Below are positions 44,579-54,051 of a DNA stretch of 64,000 nucleotides, one piece after another (position 1 is the first letter of the stretch; each line of letters starts with the position of its first letter). Made by a program: the position numbers and the translations under genes. Below the pieces are notes generated by a model. It made no database searches, was not told where the DNA came from, and was given only the letters and a program-made list of their open reading frames with translations. The stretch spans positions 186,001 to 250,000 of IMG/VR virus record IMGVR_UViG_3300029258_002750. The stretch is one strand, 5' to 3'.

Positions 44579-46444
44579 ATGGCGAGCTTCCCTACATACG
44601 ACTTCACCGAAGAGTTCGTGAAGACTCGCTTCTTGGAGCCGTTCGCGGGTGATGCCATCAACGTGCGCGCGCTCGCCCTTCCGCGAGGTGTGTATCTGGG
44701 CTTCATCCCGCAGACGACGCCAGGCTCCGACATCCTGGTGCTGGCCACCGACCCGAACCACAACTTCTCCAAGCTGTCGGTCGGTTCCCAGACCAGGAAG
44801 ATGAACGTCGACCTCTTCACGGCCAACGATGTGGACCTGAACTTCAACGGACACACCGTGTTCCCGGTCTACGTGATCGCAAGGGCGGACTACCGAGACA
44901 AGATCGCGACCCAGGCCAAGATCCTGACGAGGGCGACGACCGCCTCCGGGCCACAGGAGGTGCTGATTTGCAAGGTGGACAAGGTCGGCGCTGACCTTAC
45001 GGTCACGTACGACTTCCCGGACACGCGTCAGCCGCCGATCGCGTTCGACGGGCAAGTGGTCGGATTCATGCCTGACGACGCGATCACCGACCTGGAGATC
45101 GGCAACTCGACGCGGGCCGAGGTTACCGACGCGCGGCTGTCGGCGCACACGACGCCCGCGCCGCACCCGAGCCTGGCCGATCGTATCGAAGCCGATCTGG
45201 TCGGTCCGTCGATGGCCGACCGACTCGGCTACCGGCTCAGTCTCCTCGTCGGCAACCTGGTAACGGGGGTGGCCGGAACAGCGACGAATGTGTCCGGTTC
45301 GTTTGCGGCCACGAATCGCGAGTTCGCTCCTCTGATCGACGTCGTCCCCGGCGGAACAGAGACGGACGAGGGCGCGCTCACCGACCCTACCGACACGCTC
45401 CGCAACCTGTGTTTCGTCGTGGACGGAGGCACCGGCCAGCGGGTCGTCGACTCGACCAGCCGGGAGCCGATTTACGGCAGTCTCGTGTTCACGGAGTCGG
45501 CCCCCGGCTCCGACATCTCCGGCAACGTGTCCGGGACGATCAACTTCTACAACGGCACAACCACCGTCGATGGGACCGGCAACCCGTTCGCCTCCATCCA
45601 AGAGGGCGACCTGGTCAAGGCGACGAGTCCGCCTGGCGACGACAGGTGGTACGAGATCGCCGAGATCGACGACGCGAACAACGCCACGCTGGGAGCCGCC
45701 TTCCAAGGCGGGACGCCTGGAGGTCCGGCCATTCCCGTCGTCAATCCGCCGTTCCGTCGGTACACCCTGAACTTCTTCACCGTGTCGGGTGGTGCTCACT
45801 CGATGCCGGGTGGCAGCTCGATCAGGTTCCTCTTCCCGGCCTTCTACCGCGCCGACAGGTCGATCTTCGATGGGTGGCTGCTCCTCAAGCGGAACGGTGA
45901 GCTGCCGCCGGTGCCCGATGCGACCGAGTCCACGCCCGGCAAGGCGCTGCTCGCAGCCCCAGACGGCAAGGTGGGCTCGCTCAGATCGGTCGAGAACAAC
46001 GGAACGCCGGTTGGCAACGACTACCACACGCTCAACTTCGTCTACGGCGGTGCCTCGGACGCTGGTCTGGGCGTGGCCGAGGTGTCGGTAATCGGCGCGA
46101 AGGGGCCGAAGGGGGCTGACTCGAACCCGGGTCCAACGGGGCCGCAGGGAGACCCCGGCTACGGCTTCACGAACTGCAACCCGTTCGAGAAGGATTCGTT
46201 GTGGGTCGGCCCTGGCCCGACGGTCTCGAAGTCGTTCACGGTCGATTTCAGCTCGGTGTCCCCGTCGATCTCTTCGATCCGACACGTCTGGGGCGGCCTC
46301 GCCGGATTGCGAGGGTTCAACCAGGGGAGAGAGATCAGAATCGACCACCTCAGCTTCTCCGGCTCGACGGGCCGGATCGACGGTCGCCTGATCGGCGCGG
46401 CCGAAAACATCTACTTCAAGCTATGGTTGGGGGCCTGCGAATGA
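44579..46444 (+). CDS. Tail fibre-like protein, paralogue 3
   Basis: Same architecture. Gly-X-Y triplets at 46094-46165. Confidence 0.75.
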   Translation: MASFPTYDFTEEFVKTRFLEPFAGDAINVRALALPRGVYLGFIPQTTPGSDILVLATDPNHNFSKLSVGSQTRKMNVDLFTANDVDLNFNGHTVFPVYVIARADYRDKIATQAKILTRATTASGPQEVLICKVDKVGADLTVTYDFPDTRQPPIAFDGQVVGFMPDDAITDLEIGNSTRAEVTDARLSAHTTPAPHPSLADRIEADLVGPSMADRLGYRLSLLVGNLVTGVAGTATNVSGSFAATNREFAPLIDVVPGGTETDEGALTDPTDTLRNLCFVVDGGTGQRVVDSTSREPIYGSLVFTESAPGSDISGNVSGTINFYNGTTTVDGTGNPFASIQEGDLVKATSPPGDDRWYEIAEIDDANNATLGAAFQGGTPGGPAIPVVNPPFRRYTLNFFTVSGGAHSMPGGSSIRFLFPAFYRADRSIFDGWLLLKRNGELPPVPDATESTPGKALLAAPDGKVGSLRSVENNGTPVGNDYHTLNFVYGGASDAGLGVAEVSVIGAKGPKGADSNPGPTGPQGDPGYGFTNCNPFEKDSLWVGPGPTVSKSFTVDFSSVSPSISSIRHVWGGLAGLRGFNQGREIRIDHLSFSGSTGRIDGRLIGAAENIYFKLWLGACE

Positions 46445-47043
46445 GGCACTACTTCGGATACCTGGCAGACGGCGCCTTGACCTCGATCGAGACCCACACG
46501 CCCGGCGGCTGGCCGCCCTGTGACTGCTCGCCTGGCTGCGAGGGTCTCTCCAACCCGGACTGCAAGCACGAGAATTCGACGACGCTTCGGGCGAGTCGGG
46601 CCAAGCACCGGCCGGACATCGTCGGCTACATCGCCTACGATTGTCCATGCCCAGCTGAGATGAAGCACTGCGCAGGTCACGTGAGCGTAGTCTTCGCCGA
46701 GAACTGGGTCGTGGACGGCAAGCTGACCCCCAAACCTGTGACGAAGCACTACATCGACGGCGAGGAGGTCACACAGGGCCAGACGATCGCGAGGCCGCCT
46801 GGCACCGAGCTGGAGTACAAGCTCGCGTCGCCTGGGATCCCAGATGGCACCAAGGTCAACTGCTCACAGGCCCGGTCTACGTGGGTTGCCCCCGAGGCCG
46901 AATGGGAGATGGTCTTTACCAACGGCGAGACGCCGGTGAAGAGGCTGGTTGTGCCTGCCCAGGGCGCTGTCGGTATGGTCAAGGCCGCCGGGATGCTGGC
47001 GCGCGGCACTCGGTTTAGGATTCTCGGCTGGGCAGTAGGGTAA
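46441..47043 (+). CDS. Cys-rich hypothetical protein (possible fibre assembly chaperone)
   Basis: ATGA coupled to paralogue 3. CDCSPGC...C...CPC...C cluster. Confidence 0.55.
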   Translation: MRHYFGYLADGALTSIETHTPGGWPPCDCSPGCEGLSNPDCKHENSTTLRASRAKHRPDIVGYIAYDCPCPAEMKHCAGHVSVVFAENWVVDGKLTPKPVTKHYIDGEEVTQGQTIARPPGTELEYKLASPGIPDGTKVNCSQARSTWVAPEAEWEMVFTNGETPVKRLVVPAQGAVGMVKAAGMLARGTRFRILGWAVG

Positions 47044-47087
47044 GCTGTTCGGCCCCAACAATCAGCCCACTGTGGGAGGAGGAAGAC

Positions 47088-47405
47088 GTGAGACGAGTTC
47101 TCGCTATGACGGTGCTGGTGGGCGTTCTGTTCTTGAGCGCCTGTGCTTGCGATCGTCATCCGGTGACGATGGTGAGCATCGACAGCTACGTCGAGTCCAT
47201 CGAGAAGATCAAGGACAACCTGGAGAAGGACATCCGCCCCGGCTACTCGGAGGCGCTGGACGCGGCCGTCGAGGCCGAAGCGATCATCCCCGAGCTGAAG
47301 GAGGGACGGCTGGACGTCGTGGACGCCACGATCCTTCTCTGCGACGACTGTCTGACAGGCGCCGTCGAGGAGAAGAAGGCCGCCGAGGGCGGAGGTGACC
47401 AGTGA
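47088..47405 (+). CDS. Lipoprotein
   Basis: MRRVLAMTVLVGVLFLSAC signal peptide with lipobox LSAC. GGAGGAGG RBS. Confidence 0.75.
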   Translation: MRRVLAMTVLVGVLFLSACACDRHPVTMVSIDSYVESIEKIKDNLEKDIRPGYSEALDAAVEAEAIIPELKEGRLDVVDATILLCDDCLTGAVEEKKAAEGGGDQ

Positions 47406-47923
47406 GCGACGAGTCCGCCCCGACCCCCGACCTGAAGGAGCAGGTCATCGCCATCGCCGAGCCGAAGCTCGTCGAGGCAGCCGACCGGATTCGCGGCAAC
47501 TTCATGACGAAGTTCGGCGAGTTCGTCGAGGCAGCTCACAAGGACGAGCTGGAGGATCTGTTCAAGGGCGCGGCCGACGCCAAGGTCAAGTGTCTCGTGC
47601 AGACGGATCCCGAGAAGGCCCGGCAGTGGGCGCAGGTCTACGAGTCCAAGGTCCGCGCGATGGAGACGCTGGGCCTGGGCGCGAAGGTTGTCGCGGATGC
47701 CAAGGCCGCGAGCTTCCTGATGGAGACCGTGAACCTCGTCCTCGACACACTCGAGGACATCGCGATCAGCATCATCAAGGGCGTCACGGCCGGACTCGTG
47801 TCCGGCGCGATCAACGCCCTCACCGGCGGCGCAGCCGGGGCCGTGGGAGGAGGGATCGCGGGCGCGGTCGATTCCTTTCTCGACGCTGCTGGAGACGCCG
47901 CCACCGGACCCTCTGAGAGCTGA
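47402..47923 (+). CDS. Hypothetical protein with C-terminal glycine-zipper-like hydrophobic segment
   Basis: GVTAGLVSGAINALTGGAAGAVGGGIAGAV. GTGA coupled to the lipoprotein. Confidence 0.65.
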   Translation: MSDESAPTPDLKEQVIAIAEPKLVEAADRIRGNFMTKFGEFVEAAHKDELEDLFKGAADAKVKCLVQTDPEKARQWAQVYESKVRAMETLGLGAKVVADAKAASFLMETVNLVLDTLEDIAISIIKGVTAGLVSGAINALTGGAAGAVGGGIAGAVDSFLDAAGDAATGPSES

Positions 47924-47942
47924 CGGGCTCAAGGACAGAACG

Positions 47943-48326
47943 ATGGCAGAGTTCACGATCGAACAGGTGGAGCAGCACGCCAAGGACGTGCTCGAGGTGT
48001 TCGAGGACGGCTGGCAGTGGACCGATCTCTTCGAGATCGTCCCGAAGGTGATGGAGATCGTCGAGGCGGTCGAGGGCATGACCGGCGCAGAGAAGGCTGC
48101 GGCGGCCGAGCAGATCCTCGACTACGTGATCGATGAGACCGACATCCCGTGGCTGCCGGACAGCCTCATCGACCCGATCCTCAAGAAGGGGGTCCGCTAC
48201 ATGATGCCCGTCATCTGCAAGGCGGCGAAGGGCGGCGAGGACGGCTACGCGATCAACAACGACGCGGTCACCAGGCTGGGCGACCTCGCCCGCGACCCGG
48301 AGACCGGGGGCGCGGCCGAAGGGTAG
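47943..48326 (+). CDS. Hypothetical helical protein
   Basis: 127-aa ORF with typical codon usage, followed by a terminator. Confidence 0.65.
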   Translation: MAEFTIEQVEQHAKDVLEVFEDGWQWTDLFEIVPKVMEIVEAVEGMTGAEKAAAAEQILDYVIDETDIPWLPDSLIDPILKKGVRYMMPVICKAAKGGEDGYAINNDAVTRLGDLARDPETGGAAEG

Positions 48327-48351
48327 GACTCATCCCGTCTTGGGACAGCTT

Positions 48352-48390
48352 GGGGCGGCTCGCGGGGTACTCGGGCCGTCCCTTGTTGTT
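48352..48390 (+). terminator. Rho-independent terminator-like hairpin
   Basis: GGGGCGGCTCG / CGGGCCGTCCC 11-bp stem followed by TTGTTGTT. Confidence 0.55.
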
Positions 48391-48450
48391 CGGGCGCGTC
48401 CTGGTGCTCTCCCGCCTTGGGGCGCATAATGGGGCACGGAGCTTCGGCTT

Positions 48451-49200
48451 ATGTCGATCAACACGCGCCTGAGCGACACGCAGGACATCTTCCGCGACGG
48501 CGAGCCGCGCGCGGCCTATATGTTCCCGGAGATGGTGAGCATCGCCGGGAACAAGAGGACGGGCGCGATCAGCGACGAGACGTTCGTCTTCCAGTACTGG
48601 CCGGAATCGCTCGACGACACCTACAACGTCGAGTACGCCCAGAAGCAGGTTCCGGGAGCGAGCCATCCGCTGCTTCAGTGGATCGGCGGGAGCGGCCGAC
48701 AGATCACCTTCACGGCTCAGTTCACGGCCGAGTTGGACATGGGCGAGGAGCGCGGCGGCCTGAGCGTGCAGGCCAGCATCAACCAGGGGTTAGCTCGCAT
48801 CGGGATGATGCCGTCCGACCGATACACGGTGGACATCCGAGCTGCGCTCTCGCGCCTGCGCTCGTTCATGATGGCCGACTACGGGACCCAGGCGAGCGGC
48901 CTCAACTCGTTAGCCAGCCCGCCCAAGAAGCTCTGGCTCGTGCTCGAGGGCTCGCTGCTCGGTGGCACCGACGACGCGATCCTGGTGGTCCTCCGCAGCG
49001 CCCCGATCACCTACGAGTCCTGGTTCCCGAACGGCCACCCGCGCATGGTCCAGGTCTCACTCACCTTCGACGAGATCGTCCAGCACTCGTCAGCTGGCAG
49101 GGGTCAGTCGTCGATCAAGTACATCGGCCGGACTCCGTTCGAGCAGGACGGCCGCAACTACCAGTACAGGGGCACCGTCGATAGGGTGCTGGGGCAGTAG
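48451..49200 (+). CDS. CIS tube-initiator/P2 gpU-like protein
   Basis: FVFQYWPESLDDTYNVEYAQKQVPGASHPLLQWIGGSGRQITFTAQF...SWFPNGHPRMVQVSLTFDE. CATAAT upstream at 48425. Confidence 0.7.
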   Translation: MSINTRLSDTQDIFRDGEPRAAYMFPEMVSIAGNKRTGAISDETFVFQYWPESLDDTYNVEYAQKQVPGASHPLLQWIGGSGRQITFTAQFTAELDMGEERGGLSVQASINQGLARIGMMPSDRYTVDIRAALSRLRSFMMADYGTQASGLNSLASPPKKLWLVLEGSLLGGTDDAILVVLRSAPITYESWFPNGHPRMVQVSLTFDEIVQHSSAGRGQSSIKYIGRTPFEQDGRNYQYRGTVDRVLGQ

Positions 49201-49216
49201 ATCCCAGGGGGCTTGA

Positions 49217-49534
49217 ATGGCAGGCACAGGCGAGACGAGCATTCGCTCCTACAACTACTTCGTGGACTCCACGATCCAGGGCGCTGGCACCTACACCGAC
49301 AACGTGTTGGTGTTCGAGGATCTGGACACGACCAACCCGTTCACGAGCCACTCGATCATGCTGGCGAACGACGCGGGATCCGACATCTACTTCCGCGTCG
49401 CGCCAGACACCGGCGGTCTACCGGACCACGGACGCGTGAAGGCTGGTGAGTCGCTGGTGCAGGACTTCCGGCGGCTGAAGGCCATCTACCTCAAGGGGAC
49501 TCCGGGAGCCGCCTTCCGCTTCTGGGCCTGGTAG
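49217..49534 (+). CDS. Hypothetical beta-rich protein
   Basis: 105 aa, terminal aromatic FRFWAW. Confidence 0.65.
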   Translation: MAGTGETSIRSYNYFVDSTIQGAGTYTDNVLVFEDLDTTNPFTSHSIMLANDAGSDIYFRVAPDTGGLPDHGRVKAGESLVQDFRRLKAIYLKGTPGAAFRFWAW

Positions 49535-49548
49535 CGTCAGGAGGACCC

Positions 49549-50088
49549 GTGAGCGGTATCGGCAAGCGTGGCCCCGGGGGCTTCACCGTTGGCGCGCTCC
49601 AGGGCGTGCACGGCAATGAGCGCATCTTCGTTGCGGACATGCTCCAGGTGCCCGGCGGCACGTGGCCGGTCTCGTCCAACGCCCCGGTGGTCGCCGACTC
49701 CCCTTACTCGGCGTCCGGGCTAGCTCGAGCCTTCGTGGACTCCGGCGAGACCGGCGCCGGGTTCTCGCTCCAGATCCCGTCCGGCGTGACGACGATGGTC
49801 GTGAGGATGCCGGGCCGAGCCGGGGACGCTCCCGCTGTGGCCGGTGACGTCGTTGTACGCCTGCACGCGCGGGTGGGAGCTGGCGCGTGGTCAGGTCCGG
49901 TTGCCTTGGGGATCCTCGCTGTGCCCAACGACCTGGCGCAGAGCTGGTCGTTCTCCACGACGCTCGCTGGTCTGAGCCTGAGCCCGGGTGACGATGCGCA
50001 GTTCATCGTGAGTAGGAATCCGGCCTCAGGCTCGGACACCCTGGTGGGCCGTTGGTTCCTCTACGAGCTGGGGGTCAACTTCGCATGA
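49549..50088 (+). CDS. Hypothetical jelly-roll-like structural protein
   Basis: 179 aa, AGGAGG RBS. Resembles the repeated domain of 58129-60543. Confidence 0.6.
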   Translation: MSGIGKRGPGGFTVGALQGVHGNERIFVADMLQVPGGTWPVSSNAPVVADSPYSASGLARAFVDSGETGAGFSLQIPSGVTTMVVRMPGRAGDAPAVAGDVVVRLHARVGAGAWSGPVALGILAVPNDLAQSWSFSTTLAGLSLSPGDDAQFIVSRNPASGSDTLVGRWFLYELGVNFA

Positions 50089-50930
50089 GCAGTCTCGGCA
50101 GACCCGGCTACAGCACGCTCGGCACTCCAGTCGATCCTGCTTCGCCGTCTGGCATCCTGATCGACCCGACCACCGAGATCGGCGGATCTCCCGCGCTCAA
50201 CGATGTCCTCAAGGGCGACGGCCTGGGCGGCTGGACCGTTGGCCCGGCGCCCGGCGCTGGCGGCATCACCTACAAAGGCACGTGGGACGCTTCTACGAAT
50301 ACTCCCGCGCTCGCTTCTGGTGTTGGCACCCCGGGCGAATACTACATCGTCGCGGTCGGCGGAACCACGACCCTCGACGGTGTCAGCCTGTGGACCGTGG
50401 GCGACTGGGCTATCTTCAACGGGACCGCCTGGCAGAAGATCGACAACGACACCAGGCCGGACTACGGACCGCTTGCTGCCGATCCGGCAGGGACTTCGCC
50501 GGACGGCTCCAAGTACTACAACACCGCGCTCGACATGGAGATGCGCTACGACGCCACCCGCGCGAAGTGGGTCTCTGTTGAGGCCAAGGTGTGCACCTTC
50601 TCGAACTCGGGCTTCTTCGGAACAGCGGCCGGGGCTTACTACCGTGGTATCGGGGCCGTCACCGGGGCAGGCGCTACGGGGTACCTCTTGCCGCACAACG
50701 CAACTGTGGTGGCAATGGGCTACACCAGGACGGACACGGATGCGGCAACCTTCGAGGTGATGGACGATGGGGCCTCGGTCGCTACACTGGCGTCCTCGGC
50801 CGCGTCTGGCAAGAGCACCGCACTGAACGTGGACATCGCCTCCGACAGCGTGCTGTCCCTGCGGAACCAGTCCGGGGGGAACACCACCTCCGGGGTCCAG
50901 GCGTGGGTGAAGGTCCGGTGGAGGGCGTAG
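50085..50930 (+). CDS. Fibre/decoration protein
   Basis: YKGTWDASTNTPALASGVGTPGEYYIVAVGG...GDWAIFNGTAWQKIDN fibre module. C-terminal module duplicated in the next gene. Confidence 0.7.
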   Translation: MSSLGRPGYSTLGTPVDPASPSGILIDPTTEIGGSPALNDVLKGDGLGGWTVGPAPGAGGITYKGTWDASTNTPALASGVGTPGEYYIVAVGGTTTLDGVSLWTVGDWAIFNGTAWQKIDNDTRPDYGPLAADPAGTSPDGSKYYNTALDMEMRYDATRAKWVSVEAKVCTFSNSGFFGTAAGAYYRGIGAVTGAGATGYLLPHNATVVAMGYTRTDTDAATFEVMDDGASVATLASSAASGKSTALNVDIASDSVLSLRNQSGGNTTSGVQAWVKVRWRA

Positions 50931-51150
50931 CGTGACGACCATCATCGCGAAGAACCAGACCGCAGGCGACCTCGCGCTCACGCGCTTGGTTGCGCCCGAT
51001 GCCAAGATCCCGGCGAGCGGCCAGGCCCAGCTGACCGACTGGAACGCGCCCTACGAGATCACGATCGACCCGGAGCTGGTCGCCTACATCAACGCCGACC
51101 AGGTGCTCCTGAACATCGACGGCGTGGACCTGACCAAGGCGGAGAGCCTG
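50460..51150 (+). repeat. Diverged tandem duplication, copy A (C-terminal module + junction + MTTIIAKNQ module)
   Basis: Protein-level match to 52615-53307, including the stop/start junction GGAGGG(C/T)GTAGCG. Confidence 0.85.
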
Positions 51151-53085
51151 ACGGCCGCCGAGCAGAAGGTCGCGGGCACGAACATCGGCAACCTGGTCGA
51201 GGTTGTGGATGTTGGCGGAAGTGTCGCCGGACTACCGGCGCTGGACGGCTCCTTGCTCACCAATCTGGCGGCCTCCGGCGCCTACCGGCTTCCCCCGAAC
51301 CTCGTGCTGGTGGATCCAGCCCAGCCAGCCCTGGTCGGGGTTCGATACCAGACATGGGCCGCCGCCGACACCTACGTGGCAACGCAAACACCGTCCTCCA
51401 CGAACAGGTGGGGCATCCAGATCACCGGCACGAACAGCGAGAACATCGTCGTGCGCCCGTGGGTGGTCATCGTGGGGATGCCAGAAGGGTCCACGAGGCT
51501 CACCGGCAACCTGACCTCGACGGTCAGCTTCAACGGCACAGGCGACCCCACCATCGGGCTCGTGCGCGAGTGCGAAGTCGCCAGTCTCGCTTTCTCGGCC
51601 GCGAACGAGTGGACCATCTTCCACAACTGCAAGCTGACGGGAGGAACTCCCACCGGAGGTTGGTGCCGACTCGACCATTGCCGCGTGGATGGCGGCAACT
51701 ACTTCAACATGGATCTGATGCAGATCTACCGCAGCATCGTCGATGGTTCCGGCGGCGGCTTCCCGGACGTGGTCCAGGCGCACTGGACCAGGTTCGCGTC
51801 GAACTACACCCTGCGGGGCGGCAACTTCAACTTCTGCGAGATCTTCATCGGCGGCACCACAACCTACCTGGCCGGGAGCTACACGCTCTGGAACTGCGTC
51901 AGCTACGCTGCGCTGAACGCGGCCAGCGCCGGGCATCGGATCAGGATTCTCAACACCATCCTGGTGGGAAACCCCACGATCACCCTCAACCCCGGTGACC
52001 TGACCACGCGCTCGGTCGTGGGGGACTTCGCCGTCTCTAACACAGGCGGCAACTGGACCAACGAGGGCGACTTCTACGACAACACGGCCTCCGGCCTCGC
52101 GGCGGATGAGGTCCAGGCGGCCATCGACGAGATCGTGGCCGGTCTGCCCACTGGCGATGTCGTCGGGCCGGGAAGCTCGACTACCAACAACGTGCCCCAG
52201 TTTGCGGACACGTCCGGCAAGCTCCTGAAGGATGGGCTGACGCCTGGCGGCGCAAATGGTCTGGCCACGCTCAACTCGGGCAGCAAGGTACCGCTGATCC
52301 AGCTCCCAGCTTCGCAGACGCCAGCTGTGGACACGATTCCCGTCTCTGGCTCGGTTCAGCCCACGATCAACCCAGGTTGGCTCCCGGGCGCGTCCGAGAG
52401 CGCGCAGGGCGCTATCGAGATCGCCACCCAGACCGAGACCGACACCGGCACGGACAATACGCGTGCTGTTACTCCGCTCAAGCTAGCTGGTCGAACGGCT
52501 ACAGAAACGCGCGCTGGTATTGCCGAGCTTGCGACTCAGGCCGAGACGGATACCGGTACAGACGATGCCAGGATCGTCACCCCGCTCAAGCTCAAGGGAA
52601 GGGTGCCGCGCACGGACTTCGGCGCATCGGCCAGTGACCCAGCCGGGTCTCCTGTTGACGGGGACATCTACTACAACACGGCGCTCGACAAGGAAATGCG
52701 ATACGACGCGACGAGAGCTAAGTGGCTTTCGGTTGCCGAGGCCGCCTACCAGTTCGGCCGCAACGGAGACACGCCTAGCGGCTCGTTCTATCGCGGTATC
52801 AACGGGCTTGCGTTTTCTGCTACGCGGGGGCTGACTATGCCGCATGACGGAACAATTGTCGCCCTGGGCTATCACCGGGATGATTCAGATGCTGCAACCT
52901 TTGCGATTAGAAACAATACGACAGCAAGCGTCGTTGTGACAGTCGCCTCGACCGCTAACAAGGGAGTTGACTCGTCACTGAACGCTAACTTCTCGGCCCA
53001 GGACGTTCTCGCTCCCGGCAACAATACGGGCTCTAATACGACCTCCAATGTAATCGGCTGGTTCAAGGTCAAATGGAGGGTGTAG
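50932..53085 (+). CDS. Tail fibre protein
   Basis: Beta-helix-like middle, two A(S/T)E...G..E.ATQ.ETDTGTD....VTPLKL fibre repeats. Confidence 0.75.
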   Translation: MTTIIAKNQTAGDLALTRLVAPDAKIPASGQAQLTDWNAPYEITIDPELVAYINADQVLLNIDGVDLTKAESLTAAEQKVAGTNIGNLVEVVDVGGSVAGLPALDGSLLTNLAASGAYRLPPNLVLVDPAQPALVGVRYQTWAAADTYVATQTPSSTNRWGIQITGTNSENIVVRPWVVIVGMPEGSTRLTGNLTSTVSFNGTGDPTIGLVRECEVASLAFSAANEWTIFHNCKLTGGTPTGGWCRLDHCRVDGGNYFNMDLMQIYRSIVDGSGGGFPDVVQAHWTRFASNYTLRGGNFNFCEIFIGGTTTYLAGSYTLWNCVSYAALNAASAGHRIRILNTILVGNPTITLNPGDLTTRSVVGDFAVSNTGGNWTNEGDFYDNTASGLAADEVQAAIDEIVAGLPTGDVVGPGSSTTNNVPQFADTSGKLLKDGLTPGGANGLATLNSGSKVPLIQLPASQTPAVDTIPVSGSVQPTINPGWLPGASESAQGAIEIATQTETDTGTDNTRAVTPLKLAGRTATETRAGIAELATQAETDTGTDDARIVTPLKLKGRVPRTDFGASASDPAGSPVDGDIYYNTALDKEMRYDATRAKWLSVAEAAYQFGRNGDTPSGSFYRGINGLAFSATRGLTMPHDGTIVALGYHRDDSDAATFAIRNNTTASVVVTVASTANKGVDSSLNANFSAQDVLAPGNNTGSNTTSNVIGWFKVKWRV

Positions 53086-53307
53086 CGTATGACTACGATC
53101 ATCGCTAAGAATCAGACGGCCGGTGACCTGTTGCTGACATTGCTGTCAGTACCAGACACTGTGATTCCAGCCTCCGGCCAAGTCCAGTTGACGGATTGGA
53201 ACACAGTCACAGAAATTCAAAACGATCCCGAACTGCTTGCTTACATTAACAGCGATCAGGTGCTGCTGAACATCGACGGCGAGGACCAGACCAAGGCGCA
53301 GAGTCTT
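52615..53307 (+). repeat. Diverged tandem duplication, copy B (low GC)
   Basis: See copy A. About 50-57% GC by manual line counts. Confidence 0.85.
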
Positions 53308-54051
53308 GCGGCCCAGTCCACAGTGTCCTTTCCGGTTGACGACACGACCGAACTCGTCCGCGATCCTGTCGATACAACGAAGCGACTACGGCTAGACGCT
53401 GGGGCGGTCACGACAGGTACAACGAGGATAGTCTCTGTTCCAGACAAGAACGTCACGCTGGACGACGCGGCAGATTCCCGAGATCCGAACACGCACGCGA
53501 GTAGCCACCGGAACGGCGGCACTGACGAAGTAGCCACGGCAACCCCGGCCGCGAACGCGATCCCCAAGGCGGACGGTTCAGCCAAGCTCGATGGATGGGT
53601 TACTGCCGATGTCGCTGGACCTTCGTCAGCAACGGACAACGCTGTTGCTAGGTTTGACGGTACGACGGGGAAGGTGGTCCAGGGGTCGGACGTAGTCATT
53701 GACGACGACGGCGCTGTCTCCAACGTCGAGCGGATCGCCTACAAGACGGAGATCAACAACGGAAACAGCGGCGCGACGAAGACTATCGACTGGACAGCCG
53801 GTCAGAAGCAACGTGTGACCATGACAGCCGACTGCACGTTCTCCTTCACGGCGCCCGCCGGGCCTACCAACCTGTTGCTCAAGTTGGTACAGGATGTCAC
53901 CGGCGGACACGACGCGACCTGGCCGGGTTCCGTGCTATGGGCGAAAGGCAAGGCGCCGAACCTCACAAACGGCGGCGATGCCATCGATATCGTCACGTTC
54001 TACTACGACGGGACGAACTACTTCGGCGTGGCGAGCCTGGACTTCAGCTAG
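53089..54051 (+). CDS. Tail fibre-related protein
   Basis: GPSSATDNAVARFDGTTGK and NSGATKTIDWTAGQKQRVTM...WAKGKAPNLTNGGDAIDIVTFYYDGTNYFG modules common in phage fibres. Confidence 0.7.
   Translation: MTTIIAKNQTAGDLLLTLLSVPDTVIPASGQVQLTDWNTVTEIQNDPELLAYINSDQVLLNIDGEDQTKAQSLAAQSTVSFPVDDTTELVRDPVDTTKRLRLDAGAVTTGTTRIVSVPDKNVTLDDAADSRDPNTHASSHRNGGTDEVATATPAANAIPKADGSAKLDGWVTADVAGPSSATDNAVARFDGTTGKVVQGSDVVIDDDGAVSNVERIAYKTEINNGNSGATKTIDWTAGQKQRVTMTADCTFSFTAPAGPTNLLLKLVQDVTGGHDATWPGSVLWAKGKAPNLTNGGDAIDIVTFYYDGTNYFGVASLDFS

Noticed and set aside
50460-53307. Diversity-generating retroelement TR/VR pair
   Set aside because: Differences are at synonymous positions of all bases, not adenine-specific. 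No reverse transcriptase in the window.
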